From positions 2,944,001 through 3,008,000 of the forward strand of contig OZ241917.1 in assembly GCA_965203805.1 (NCBI GenBank): a stretch of 64,000 nt of DNA, read 5' to 3'. Numbering within the stretch: the stretch's first letter is position 1; each line of letters begins with the position of its first letter. The DNA is from Candidatus Latescibacterota bacterium (lineage in GTDB: Bacteria; Latescibacterota; UBA2968; GCA-2709665). The position numbers were made by a program, and so were the translations under genes. The notes beneath the pieces are model-generated. The model was not told where the DNA came from. It saw nothing but the letters and a program-made list of their open reading frames with translations, and searched no databases. Shown in pieces: positions 1-8,355 of the stretch.

Positions 1-586
1 GAATTTCACCTCGAGCAGGCACAGAGAGATGTTCGGATATCGCGCTAAGGAGTCAGGTCTCGGCGACATCCGCGTCTTCGGCAAAGTCAATCTCGTTCAC
101 GAGCCCGTCGTGGGCACCCTGATGCTTGGCATAAAGGCGCCAACCGGGGATTTCCGCGCCGCGCCCGAGGCCATGTCCGCCGGCAACGGCCAGTGGGACG
201 TCGAAGTGGTGGCGCAAATCGGCAAGTCCTACTGGCCCATCCCGGTATACGCCAACATCGATCTGGGATATCGCCTCAGAGAGACCAACGAGACCATTCA
301 CCACAACCCGGACGACGAGTTGATCTACAATCTCGAGGTCGGCGCCAGCCCCGTCGAAATGTTGAACGTTGCCCTCAAGCTGGAAGGGATCTCGGGCGCC
401 GGCCGGCGGGTCACCTATGCGATACCCACGGTGATCGTCAGCCTGCCGCAGGGCCTCGCCCTTGAAGCCGCGGCGCGTGTGTCGGCGCTCGGCCGCGCCG
501 ACCCTGCATTGGGTGCTCCGTATACCTTCTTCGCCGGCTCCACATTCCTGTTCGGGATCTCCTATACCGGAAGCCTGATGCAATAG
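1..586 (+). CDS. Putative outer-membrane beta-barrel/transporter-like protein (5' partial)
   Basis: Frame is open from the window edge; GLGDIRV and alternating beta-strand patterns; aromatic residues near the C-terminus. Confidence 0.5.
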   Translation, partial: NFTSSRHREMFGYRAKESGLGDIRVFGKVNLVHEPVVGTLMLGIKAPTGDFRAAPEAMSAGNGQWDVEVVAQIGKSYWPIPVYANIDLGYRLRETNETIHHNPDDELIYNLEVGASPVEMLNVALKLEGISGAGRRVTYAIPTVIVSLPQGLALEAAARVSALGRADPALGAPYTFFAGSTFLFGISYTGSLMQ

Positions 587-637
587 CAGCTTCAGCGGGG
601 AACCCGCCCATCGACGGCAGTCCACGCAGGCCACATT

Positions 638-673
638 AAACGGGGGAAGGGGCGATTGCCCCTTCCCCCGTTT
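638..673 (+). terminator. Intrinsic terminator hairpin, possibly bidirectional
   Basis: Perfect 16-bp stem AAACGGGGGAAGGGGC, loop GATT, GCCCCTTCCCCCGTTT, lying between convergent genes. Confidence 0.75.
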
Positions 674-712
674 GCTCTTCTCGCATCCGGACCGTTGCGC
701 TTTCACCTCATC

Positions 713-861
713 GTCACTCCCCCCTTGAGGGGGAGTCGCAGAATCCGATCCGGACCCTGAGCCTGCCTGCATTGAGCTCGGTCCCTGAGCCGCCGCCCTG
801 AGCCTGCCGAAGGGTTCTCGAAGGATCGAAGGGCCGCCGAAGGCTGATGCGGTGGGGGGAT
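713..861. repeat. REP-like palindromic element with nested CCCTGAGC...CGAAGGG units
   Basis: Shares GTCACTCCC..TGAGGGGGAGTCGCAGAA and CGAAGGCTGAT..GGGGGGAT with 3659-3747; contains three to four nested TGAGC...CGAAGG units. Confidence 0.75.
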
Positions 862-862
862 T

Positions 863-1267
863 TCAGATAAACGGATCGACGAGTTCTATGCCGCTGGCTT
901 CGAAATCGCGGCGATTTCGTGTTGCAAGGGGTAGTCCGTGAGTCAGGGCGGTGGCGGCAATGAAGCTGTCTTTGATCGGCATCGGTTTTCCAATTGAGCG
1001 GAGATCCGCCAGCAACTCGGCCCAACGCAGTCCCGTCTCGGCGTCCCACGGGACGCAGTGGATACGGCGAGCGACTTCGTCGAACCAGCGTTCGAGCCCG
1101 CGGCGCTTCTGTCCCGCGGGCAGCAGGAGAATCCCAAATCGGACTTCACCCAGAATCACGGGATCGACTACCAGGCCGCGTTCGTTACGCGCCAGCCACT
1201 CGATCACCCCCGGATCCGGCCCAGTCTGGGTCGGTTCGCACAATACGTTGGCATCCACGAGGCACAT
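863..1267 (-). CDS. vapC: PIN-domain toxin (VapC family)
   Basis: MCLVDANVL start, ILGEVRFG, DSFIAATA, LATRNRRDF PIN motifs; ATG overlaps the antitoxin stop (TGATG). Confidence 0.92.
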   Translation of the reverse strand: MCLVDANVLCEPTQTGPDPGVIEWLARNERGLVVDPVILGEVRFGILLLPAGQKRRGLERWFDEVARRIHCVPWDAETGLRWAELLADLRSIGKPMPIKDSFIAATALTHGLPLATRNRRDFEASGIELVDPFI

Positions 1268-1509
1268 CAGGGCAGCGATCCGAGGGTGTCGGTCGACTCC
1301 GATTCGATCGGCACGAACCAGCCTTTTTCGGGACACGCGAGGAGCGCGTCCACCAGCCCGTGATTCTGCGGGGCGTCTGCAACGACAAGGCGATACTCAC
1401 CTTCGTCTACCCGTTCGACTGCAAACGACTGGCCAGGTTCCAGTTTGTCCCGATGACGAAACTCGGCCGGAATGACAATCTGACCCCGGGTTGAGAGGAC
1501 TGTTTTCAT
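1267..1509 (-). CDS. vapB: AbrB/MazE/SpoVT-family antitoxin (VapB)
   Basis: STRGQIVIPAEFR swapped-hairpin motif; directly upstream of the PIN gene. Confidence 0.9.
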   Translation of the reverse strand: MKTVLSTRGQIVIPAEFRHRDKLEPGQSFAVERVDEGEYRLVVADAPQNHGLVDALLACPEKGWFVPIESESTDTLGSLP

Positions 1510-1514
1510 AGGAC

Positions 1515-1545
1515 GTAAGATAACGTCTTACACCAGGATTGTCAA
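1515..1545 (-). promoter_or_regulatory. Sigma70-type promoter with overlapping operator palindrome for vapBC
   Basis: Minus strand TTGACA (1545-1540), 17 bp, TATCTT (1522-1517); GTAAGA-N5-TCTTAC inverted repeat at 1515-1531. Confidence 0.7.
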
Positions 1546-1701
1546 TGCCCGGCAGGTCTTCAACGGAAAGACTCGCCCTTTACTTTATCCGGTATCTTCG
1601 GTATTTTGCCTTCCCGTAAAGCTGATGGCAGGGCCGTGATCCGGATTGAGTATAATACCGATTTGCACGAGAGGGGCGCAGGGTTGACGCGGATTCGGCG
1701 G

Positions 1702-2826
1702 ATGATTGTTTTTGGTTGGCTGGTTCTTGCGAGCACAGCGGTACACGCTCACGCCCAGACCCCGGAATCGGAGGCGCCGCGTTTTACGGAAAAGCACCGC
1801 GGCGTCTGTTTCGTGGCAGGGCCCGGCCGCCCTGCGGATGCGGCCTTCGACCGTCTGGCCGCGCTGAACGTGAACTGGATTTCCCAGACGCCGTTCGGAT
1901 GGCAGCAGAGCGCCGAAACCCCTGAAGTGATCCTCGCGACTTCCGGACGGGTCTGGTGGGGAGAATCGGACGAAGGACTGGCCGAGACAGCACGGCGGGC
2001 GCGGCAGGGGGGCATCCGTACAATCCTGAAGCCCCACGTCTGGATCCGCGACCGCAGCGACGGGAGATGGCGCGGAAATATTGATTTTTCGACCCATGAA
2101 GCATGGGACCGGTGGTGGGCGAGCTACCGGCGATTCATCCTTCATTACGCCGAACTGGCGGAATCCACAGGGATGGAGGGGCTGTGTATCGGGACGGAAC
2201 TGCGCAGCGCCGTGTTGAACCGCCCGGAAGCATGGCGCGTGTTGATTGCCGACGTGCGGGAGGTGTACGGGGGCGAACTCACCTATTCAGCCAACTGGTA
2301 CCGGGAGTTCGAGGAAGTTCCGTTCTGGGACGCGCTCGACTACATCGGTATCCAGGTCTATTTTCCGCTGGCGGACACGACCGCCGGCAATTTGGCGCTC
2401 GATGAACTAAAGACGGCGTGGGCGCCCCATGTTGGGCGGATCGAGGCGCTTCAGCAGCGGGTGGGAAAGCCGGTGCTGTTTACGGAGGTGGGCTACCGGA
2501 GCACCGCGGACGCGGCCGTGGCGCCGTGGGTATGGCGGTCGGCCGCGCCGGTGGACGACGAACTGCAGGCGACGCTTTACGAAGCGATGTTCCGGACATT
2601 CTGGCGCCAGCCCTGGTTTGCGGGCACGCACGTCTGGAAGTGGTTCCCCGAGGGCAGCACGCGATTCGAAGGAAGGCGCGCGCGCCGCCGCGCACTTCAA
2701 AGGGAAAGCGGGTTCACACCGCAAGGGAAGCCGGCGGAAAAGGTGCTTGGCCGTTGGTACGGGATTATCGGGCCGCAACCGGATACCGAAACCGACGGAT
2801 CATCGCGGGAAATTCCCGGTCGGTAG
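1702..2826 (+). CDS. Secreted glycoside hydrolase, GH113-like TIM barrel
   Basis: Signal peptide (AVHAHA-Q); LKPHVW, IGTEL, TYSANW, FWDALDYIG, LFTEVGY motifs. Confidence 0.8.
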   Translation: MIVFGWLVLASTAVHAHAQTPESEAPRFTEKHRGVCFVAGPGRPADAAFDRLAALNVNWISQTPFGWQQSAETPEVILATSGRVWWGESDEGLAETARRARQGGIRTILKPHVWIRDRSDGRWRGNIDFSTHEAWDRWWASYRRFILHYAELAESTGMEGLCIGTELRSAVLNRPEAWRVLIADVREVYGGELTYSANWYREFEEVPFWDALDYIGIQVYFPLADTTAGNLALDELKTAWAPHVGRIEALQQRVGKPVLFTEVGYRSTADAAVAPWVWRSAAPVDDELQATLYEAMFRTFWRQPWFAGTHVWKWFPEGSTRFEGRRARRRALQRESGFTPQGKPAEKVLGRWYGIIGPQPDTETDGSSREIPGR

Positions 2827-3076
2827 CGCAAGGTCTGACTCTTGTCGAATGTAGCTCTTTACTTCACATCGATTGTTTCCCATATTAAACCGGGCCTTCA
2901 ACGAGTGTACTGAACCGCGTCGACGTCGGCGAAGGCCTTGAACAGCGGCACGGGGTCAGCACGATTGGTGAACGGCTGCCGCGCCGCCACGAAATCGTCT
3001 TCGGTCCTTATCCGCGTCTTCGGCCAACGACGCGGCGCCGGGAGTAACTCTACACCACGTGACAGGAGGTAGAACC

Positions 3077-3397
3077 ATGGCCAATTATATGTTCCGCACC
3101 AGGTACACGCGGTCGGGTCTCGAGGGCCTGCTCAGAGAAGGAGGCACGGGTCGACGAGAGGCTTTGAGGCAGACCATCGAAGGGATGGGCGGAAAGCTGG
3201 AGGGCTTCTACTACGCGATGGGCGATGACGATCTCATCCTGATCGCGGAGATTCCCGATCAAACCACCGCGGCAGCCATCGCGCTGAATATCGCCGCCGC
3301 AGGGGCACTGGAAGTCTCCACGACGGTCCTGGTATCGCCGGAGACCATCGACGAAGCGGTGAACAAGAGCGTGCCGTACCGCCTGCCTGGCGAGTGA
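3077..3397 (+). CDS. GYD domain-containing protein
   Basis: AGGAGG RBS; GGKLEGFYYAMGDDD pattern; ~106 aa. Confidence 0.85.
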   Translation: MANYMFRTRYTRSGLEGLLREGGTGRREALRQTIEGMGGKLEGFYYAMGDDDLILIAEIPDQTTAAAIALNIAAAGALEVSTTVLVSPETIDEAVNKSVPYRLPGE

Positions 3398-3465
3398 CGC
3401 GAGCGAAACCTCGTCGAAGACTCGTCACCATTCAGCCGTCCCTGATGCTCGGTCAGTCCGCCGCA

Positions 3466-3572
3466 TTGACGATGAAGGCCCCTTTTCGCATCTGAGAAGG
3501 GGCCGTTTTCGCGTTCGATGTCCTGGATTTGAGGTGATTTGAACGATGACAATACAGGTCGAGGGTCAGGTC
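3466..3572 (+). repeat. 107-bp direct repeat, left copy (terminator + RBS + MTIQVEGQV gene stub)
   Basis: Ungapped match to 22552-22658 with 8 mismatches by manual alignment. Confidence 0.9.
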
Positions 3573-3585
3573 GGGATACAAACTA

Positions 3586-3822
3586 CCCTGGCGCTGCTTC
3601 GCTTTGCTCAGCCGCAACCAAATACGCGCAAGTGAATGAGGGCGCTAACGACGTATTTGTCACTCCCACCATGAGGGGGAGTCGCAGAAGCCGAGCCGAT
3701 CCCTGAGCTTGTCGAAGGGCCGGCGAAGGCTGATACAGCGGGGGGATCGCACCGCCCTTTTTGTTGACTGGCAGCATGAAAAACATGAACCCATTTTGCG
3801 GAGAAGTCTTACTGTAAGACTC
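3586..3822 (+). mobile_element. Non-autonomous miniature derivative of the IS-like element at 10833-12574
   Basis: 3586-3622 matches 10831-10867 (34/37); 3792-3822 matches 12542-12572 (29/31); no transposase between the ends. Confidence 0.85.
3659..3747. repeat. REP-like element nested in the miniature element
   Basis: Homologous to 713-861; carries a single CCCTGAGCTTGTCGAAGGG unit. Confidence 0.75.
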
Positions 3823-3987
3823 CAATTGGATTGCGCCAGAAACACCCGGACAGACGATGTCGAAGTTTGGCAATTGCCCTGTTGAATATCGAATCCTGCT
3901 TTCGTAAATTCAATGACTTTTGTTTTCTTCCCTATAGCAGAATCTGCATTGGGCAAGATTCACATCACGACCACGGTTGGAGATAAA

Positions 3988-6186
3988 ATGAGTCTTGAAG
4001 CGACCGATTCTAGGAATAACAATCCGGACCAGACCTCAACTGAAACTGGCCGTGGCGCCCCGGCGGGAAAGCTGAACGTCAGCAACTTCATCTGGAGCAT
4101 TGCCGATGACGTGCTGCGGGATGTTTTCGGCAGGGGCAAATACCGGGATGTCATACTGCCCATGACGGTCATACGCCGTCTCGACTCCGTTCTGGAACCG
4201 ACGAAAGACGCGGTGCTCCAGATGAAAGCCCGGTTGGACGCGGCAGGTGTGACCAACCAGGACGCGGCGTTACGCCAGGCATCCGGCGAGGCCTTTTACA
4301 ACGCGTCACCATTCAGGCTCCGCGATCTGACCTCCCGGGCCAGGCAGCAGCAGTTAAGCGCCGACTTCGAGGCGTACCTTGACGGGTTCTCCCCCAATGT
4401 GCAGGAAGTCATCGACAGGTTCAAGTTTCGCAATCAGATCCCTGAATTGGTGGAGAACGATTTGCTCGGGTTTCTGCTTGAGAAATTCCTGGATCCGGCG
4501 ATCAACCTCAGCCCCAAACCCGTGCTGAACGCTGACGGATCCGTGCGCCTGGAACCGCTCGACAACCACGGAATGGGCACTGTGTTCGAAGAACTGATAC
4601 GGCGTTTCAACGAAGAGAATAACGAGGAAGCCGGCGAGCACTTCACGCCTCGCGACGTCGTACAACTCATGGCGCGGCTGATATTCATACCTGTTGCCGA
4701 CGAGGTCAAATCAGGCACCTACCTGGTATACGACGGCGCTTGCGGCACCGGCGGCATGTTAACCGTCGCCGAAGAGACGCTCACCCGACTTGCCGAGGAA
4801 CACGGCAAAGACGTATCGGTCCATTTGTACGGCCAGGAAATCAACCCCGAAACCTATGCCATCAGCAAGGCCGATCTTATCCTGAAGGGCGAGGGCGTCG
4901 AGGCCGACAACATGCGGTATGGCTCGACCCTATCCGCCGACGCCTTCCCCGCCAACGAATTCGACTTCATGTTGTCCAATCCTCCCTATGGCAAGAGCTG
5001 GAAAGGCGACCTGGAACGCATGGGCGGCAAGTCTGACATTCGGGACCCGCGTTTCATTGTGGACCACGGAGACGATCCGGAGCACTCGCTCATCACCCGT
5101 TCCAGCGACGGTCAGATGATGTTCCTGGCCAATATGCTGAGCAAGATGAAACAGGACACATCACTCGGAAGCCGCATTGCCGAGGTCCACAACGGAAGTT
5201 CCCTTTTCACCGGCGACGCCGGACAGGGTGAGAGCAACATCCGCCGATGGATCATTGAGAACGACTGGCTGGAAGCAATCGTCGCGCTTCCGCTCAACAT
5301 GTTCTACAACACCGGCATCGCCACATACATCTGGGTGTTGTCGAACCGCAAACCCAAGCATCGCCAGGGCAAGGTGCAACTCATAGACGCCACGCAATGG
5401 TCCAAACCGCTACGCAAAAACCTCGGCAATAAAAACTGTGAACTGTCGGACGAAGACATCCAGCGCATCTGCGATGCGTTCCTTGCCTTCGAAGAGACCG
5501 AGCAATCGAAGATATTTCCGAATGAAGCGTTCGGTTACTGGAAAGTCACCGTCGAACGTCCTTTGCGACTGAGTGTCGAGCTGACACCGGAACATCGCCA
5601 GCGCTTCCGCACAACATGCAAAGACGCGAACGAAGAACTACTCGCCGAGGTCATAGATCGCGTGGCGTCGGAACTAGGCGACGAGCCTCACGGTGACTTC
5701 AACCGGTTCCTGGAAGTCGTTGCAAAGTACGCGCCTGAGTGCGGGGTTAAACTGACAACGGGACGCAAGAAGCTGCTTCAGACCACCCTGGCATCACGCG
5801 ACGAGACCGCGGAGCCCGTTATGAAGAGGATCCATCGTTCAGGAAACGTCGAACCCGATTCAATCCACGGCCGTGTTGAAACCACCATCGACGGTAGAAA
5901 ACGCATCGTCGAGTACGAACCCGACAGCGAACTTCGCGATACCGAACAGGTGCCTTTGCTCGAAGAGGACGGTATCGAGGGCTTCCTGCGCCGTGAGGTG
6001 CTGCCTTATGCACGGGACGCCTGGTACGATCCGGCCAGCGTCAAGATCGGATACGAAATCAGCTTCACGCGCTACTTCTACAAGCCCCAACCGATGCGAA
6101 CGCTGGAAGAAATCCGGGCCGATATACTGGCTCTGGAGCGGGAAACCGAGGGACTGTTGGGAGAAATACTCGGACAGCAATGCTAA
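3988..6186 (+). CDS. hsdM: Type I restriction-modification methyltransferase subunit
   Basis: GEHFTPRDVV, YDGACGTGGM (SAM binding), SNPPYG (N6-adenine catalytic motif). Confidence 0.97.
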   Translation: MSLEATDSRNNNPDQTSTETGRGAPAGKLNVSNFIWSIADDVLRDVFGRGKYRDVILPMTVIRRLDSVLEPTKDAVLQMKARLDAAGVTNQDAALRQASGEAFYNASPFRLRDLTSRARQQQLSADFEAYLDGFSPNVQEVIDRFKFRNQIPELVENDLLGFLLEKFLDPAINLSPKPVLNADGSVRLEPLDNHGMGTVFEELIRRFNEENNEEAGEHFTPRDVVQLMARLIFIPVADEVKSGTYLVYDGACGTGGMLTVAEETLTRLAEEHGKDVSVHLYGQEINPETYAISKADLILKGEGVEADNMRYGSTLSADAFPANEFDFMLSNPPYGKSWKGDLERMGGKSDIRDPRFIVDHGDDPEHSLITRSSDGQMMFLANMLSKMKQDTSLGSRIAEVHNGSSLFTGDAGQGESNIRRWIIENDWLEAIVALPLNMFYNTGIATYIWVLSNRKPKHRQGKVQLIDATQWSKPLRKNLGNKNCELSDEDIQRICDAFLAFEETEQSKIFPNEAFGYWKVTVERPLRLSVELTPEHRQRFRTTCKDANEELLAEVIDRVASELGDEPHGDFNRFLEVVAKYAPECGVKLTTGRKKLLQTTLASRDETAEPVMKRIHRSGNVEPDSIHGRVETTIDGRKRIVEYEPDSELRDTEQVPLLEEDGIEGFLRREVLPYARDAWYDPASVKIGYEISFTRYFYKPQPMRTLEEIRADILALERETEGLLGEILGQQC

Positions 6187-6723
6187 GAATCGCCTTTATT
6201 CAACGTAGTCCTTTACAAGGACGGGATTATCCCCATATTAAAGGCAGCGTTTAACGTGGCTGACGTCGCGCGCCATAGTCAACGTAGCCTTTACTATAGG
6301 TCGAATAAACGCGCATGCAAATCGTCAGCGTTATACACCAGAAGGCCGGCGCGACCCGGCGAGCAACGGACATCGAGTCCTAGAATAACTCTGCGAACGC
6401 ACGATAATTTCGATGGGCGACATGGAGGATCTGACGGGAACCACGTACACGGAAGCCAACAATGTCCTTAACCGATTGACTCGTTGCTGCAAGTTGCATG
6501 AATTCACCTGTCAGTCGCGGAACCGTAGGTTCATTAATGGGAGCTAAGTTTACCAGTTCCACGAATCCGGCTCGAATGGTGACCAGTGATCGTCGCACAG
6601 CTGATTGATCAACCTCAGAGGGATTTAAGTGTGTGACAGTCGCAGTAAGTCCAGCGGCTCTGGCGGTGGTGCTACAATTGCGCTGACAACGTCGACGACG
6701 ATACTTAATGAGAGGTATTCACA

Positions 6724-7194
6724 ATGAATTTTCTATTATTTCGCTTATTCTCTATCATAGGATTTGTGGCTGTGGAGGTGCCCGTAGAGGCTCAGAGTCC
6801 GACTGATAAGGCCTCGATTTCCGAAAGGGCAATGGAGTCGATCACGTGGTGCCACCCCTTGACCGTGATAGAACTCGTCATCGTGATTCTTGTGTTCGTT
6901 GCAATGCCGATTTATTCGTGGTATGTGAGCAAGAACGTAAAAAGCCCAAACGACCTTCCAAAACGTAAGGGTCTCAATCTGCCCGCAGGATCCGTGAGAA
7001 GCATGATTGCGTTGTTAGTCGTCGGCTCGTTCGTGAATTTCCTGATCTTTGGGGAGTCGGTGTTGGCTACGCATTTCGATAAGATCCTCGCCGCATTCGG
7101 GACGCTAAGCGGTAGCATCATCGGCTTTTATTTTGGTAATCGTAGCGCCGAGCCCCTTCAAACGGGCGACAATTCAATTGAAAAGCCAATGTAA
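6724..7194 (+). CDS. Hypothetical membrane protein (signal-like N-terminus plus ~3 TM helices)
   Basis: GAGGT RBS; hydrophobic segments; GLNLPAGSVRSMIALL and IIGFYFG. Confidence 0.7.
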   Translation: MNFLLFRLFSIIGFVAVEVPVEAQSPTDKASISERAMESITWCHPLTVIELVIVILVFVAMPIYSWYVSKNVKSPNDLPKRKGLNLPAGSVRSMIALLVVGSFVNFLIFGESVLATHFDKILAAFGTLSGSIIGFYFGNRSAEPLQTGDNSIEKPM

Positions 7195-7307
7195 TTAAGT
7201 TTGGATCGGATTGCGTTTCCTTACGACGTAGGCCGAGAAACTCGTTGAGAACGACTGAAACGAGATACGATTACACCTGTGGCTTACCCCATCGGAGGAT
7301 GGTCGAA

Positions 7308-7790
7308 ATGAAACTGGACAGGCTCTTCAAAGACTTCAATCTACAAAAGGTGAAATTAAACCTAAAGGTAGTTCAGTTCGAAGTTTCCTTTCAACAAGCA
7401 GACAAGGATGCGGCTTGGGACCTCTATGTGGAAATGCTTACCAGAGTCGTAACTCAGGCACTTCCACGCGATGTCGGAGATGAGCTGGCGGCACTGGAAA
7501 GCGTACACTCCCTTTTTCCAGCAACGCGTGAAATCTTACGACATCACGGGCGGGCATCATTACATTTCAGTAAGGTCGCGGTTCCCGTGCTTAATCAAAT
7601 TATCCGGCCCTTCACCTCAAAGTGGCACAGGCAGAGCTTAGGCGGCGCTTTCGACCGTGAGACCGGACGTGCGGAGTTTCGAAAGGAACTAGAAAGTTTG
7701 CAGGTAGACCTACGCAGATACAACAGGATGCTTGCGGAGATTGCTAATGTGGAAGATTTGACCGACTTGGAAGAATGTAAAGGAGGATAG
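7308..7790 (+). CDS. Hypothetical alpha-helical protein adjacent to the TIR gene
   Basis: GGAGG RBS 9 nt upstream; AAWDLYVEMLTR...LNQIIRPFTSKWH; 2 nt from the next start. Confidence 0.8.
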   Translation: MKLDRLFKDFNLQKVKLNLKVVQFEVSFQQADKDAAWDLYVEMLTRVVTQALPRDVGDELAALESVHSLFPATREILRHHGRASLHFSKVAVPVLNQIIRPFTSKWHRQSLGGAFDRETGRAEFRKELESLQVDLRRYNRMLAEIANVEDLTDLEECKGG

Positions 7791-7792
7791 CA

Positions 7793-8350
7793 ATGCAGAA
7801 AGTTCCACGACACAGGGTATTTGTAAGTTTCCATCAGGAAGACGACTTCTACAAGGATCTGTTCGTACAAATGATGGAAGACGACATTGTGGACGAATCA
7901 GTTGGAGATGGTGATATAGACGATGACAATTTGGCTACCGATACAGTCCGCAGGATTATCCGTGATGGGTACATCAGAGATGCTACGGTCACGGTCGTAC
8001 TTGTCGGACCCTGCACGTGGCAGCGAAAACACGTTGACTGGGAAATAGGTTCTAGCTTGCGAGCTACCAAGCGGAATCCTAGATGTGGCCTGTTGGGGAT
8101 TCTGCTTCCGAATCATCCGAACGCAACTACTGAAAAATACAACTCTCGTTTAATACCGCCGCGTCTTGCTGACAATACTTGTGGAGAAGATCCTTACGCG
8201 CTAATCTACGATTGGACATACAAGACTTCAAGCGTTCGAAATTGGATCCATCGGGCCTTTGTTCGGAGAGATGGTACGCCACCAGACAACAGTAGGGTGC
8301 AGTTCCGATACAACAGAAGTGGATCCTGTTCGACGGGTTGGCAGAGCTAG
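7793..8350 (+). CDS. TIR-like domain protein (DUF1863/ThsB-like)
   Basis: RVFVSFH, TVTVVLVG.CTWQRKHVDWEI with the TIR catalytic Glu; AAGGAGG RBS. Confidence 0.9.
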   Translation: MQKVPRHRVFVSFHQEDDFYKDLFVQMMEDDIVDESVGDGDIDDDNLATDTVRRIIRDGYIRDATVTVVLVGPCTWQRKHVDWEIGSSLRATKRNPRCGLLGILLPNHPNATTEKYNSRLIPPRLADNTCGEDPYALIYDWTYKTSSVRNWIHRAFVRRDGTPPDNSRVQFRYNRSGSCSTGWQS

Positions 8351-8355
8351 GAGCT

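Noticed and set aside
2880-3060. Possible structured RNA or riboswitch upstream of the GYD gene
   Set aside because: GC-rich pairing is possible but no known family motif is recognisable; an Rfam/Infernal search would be needed
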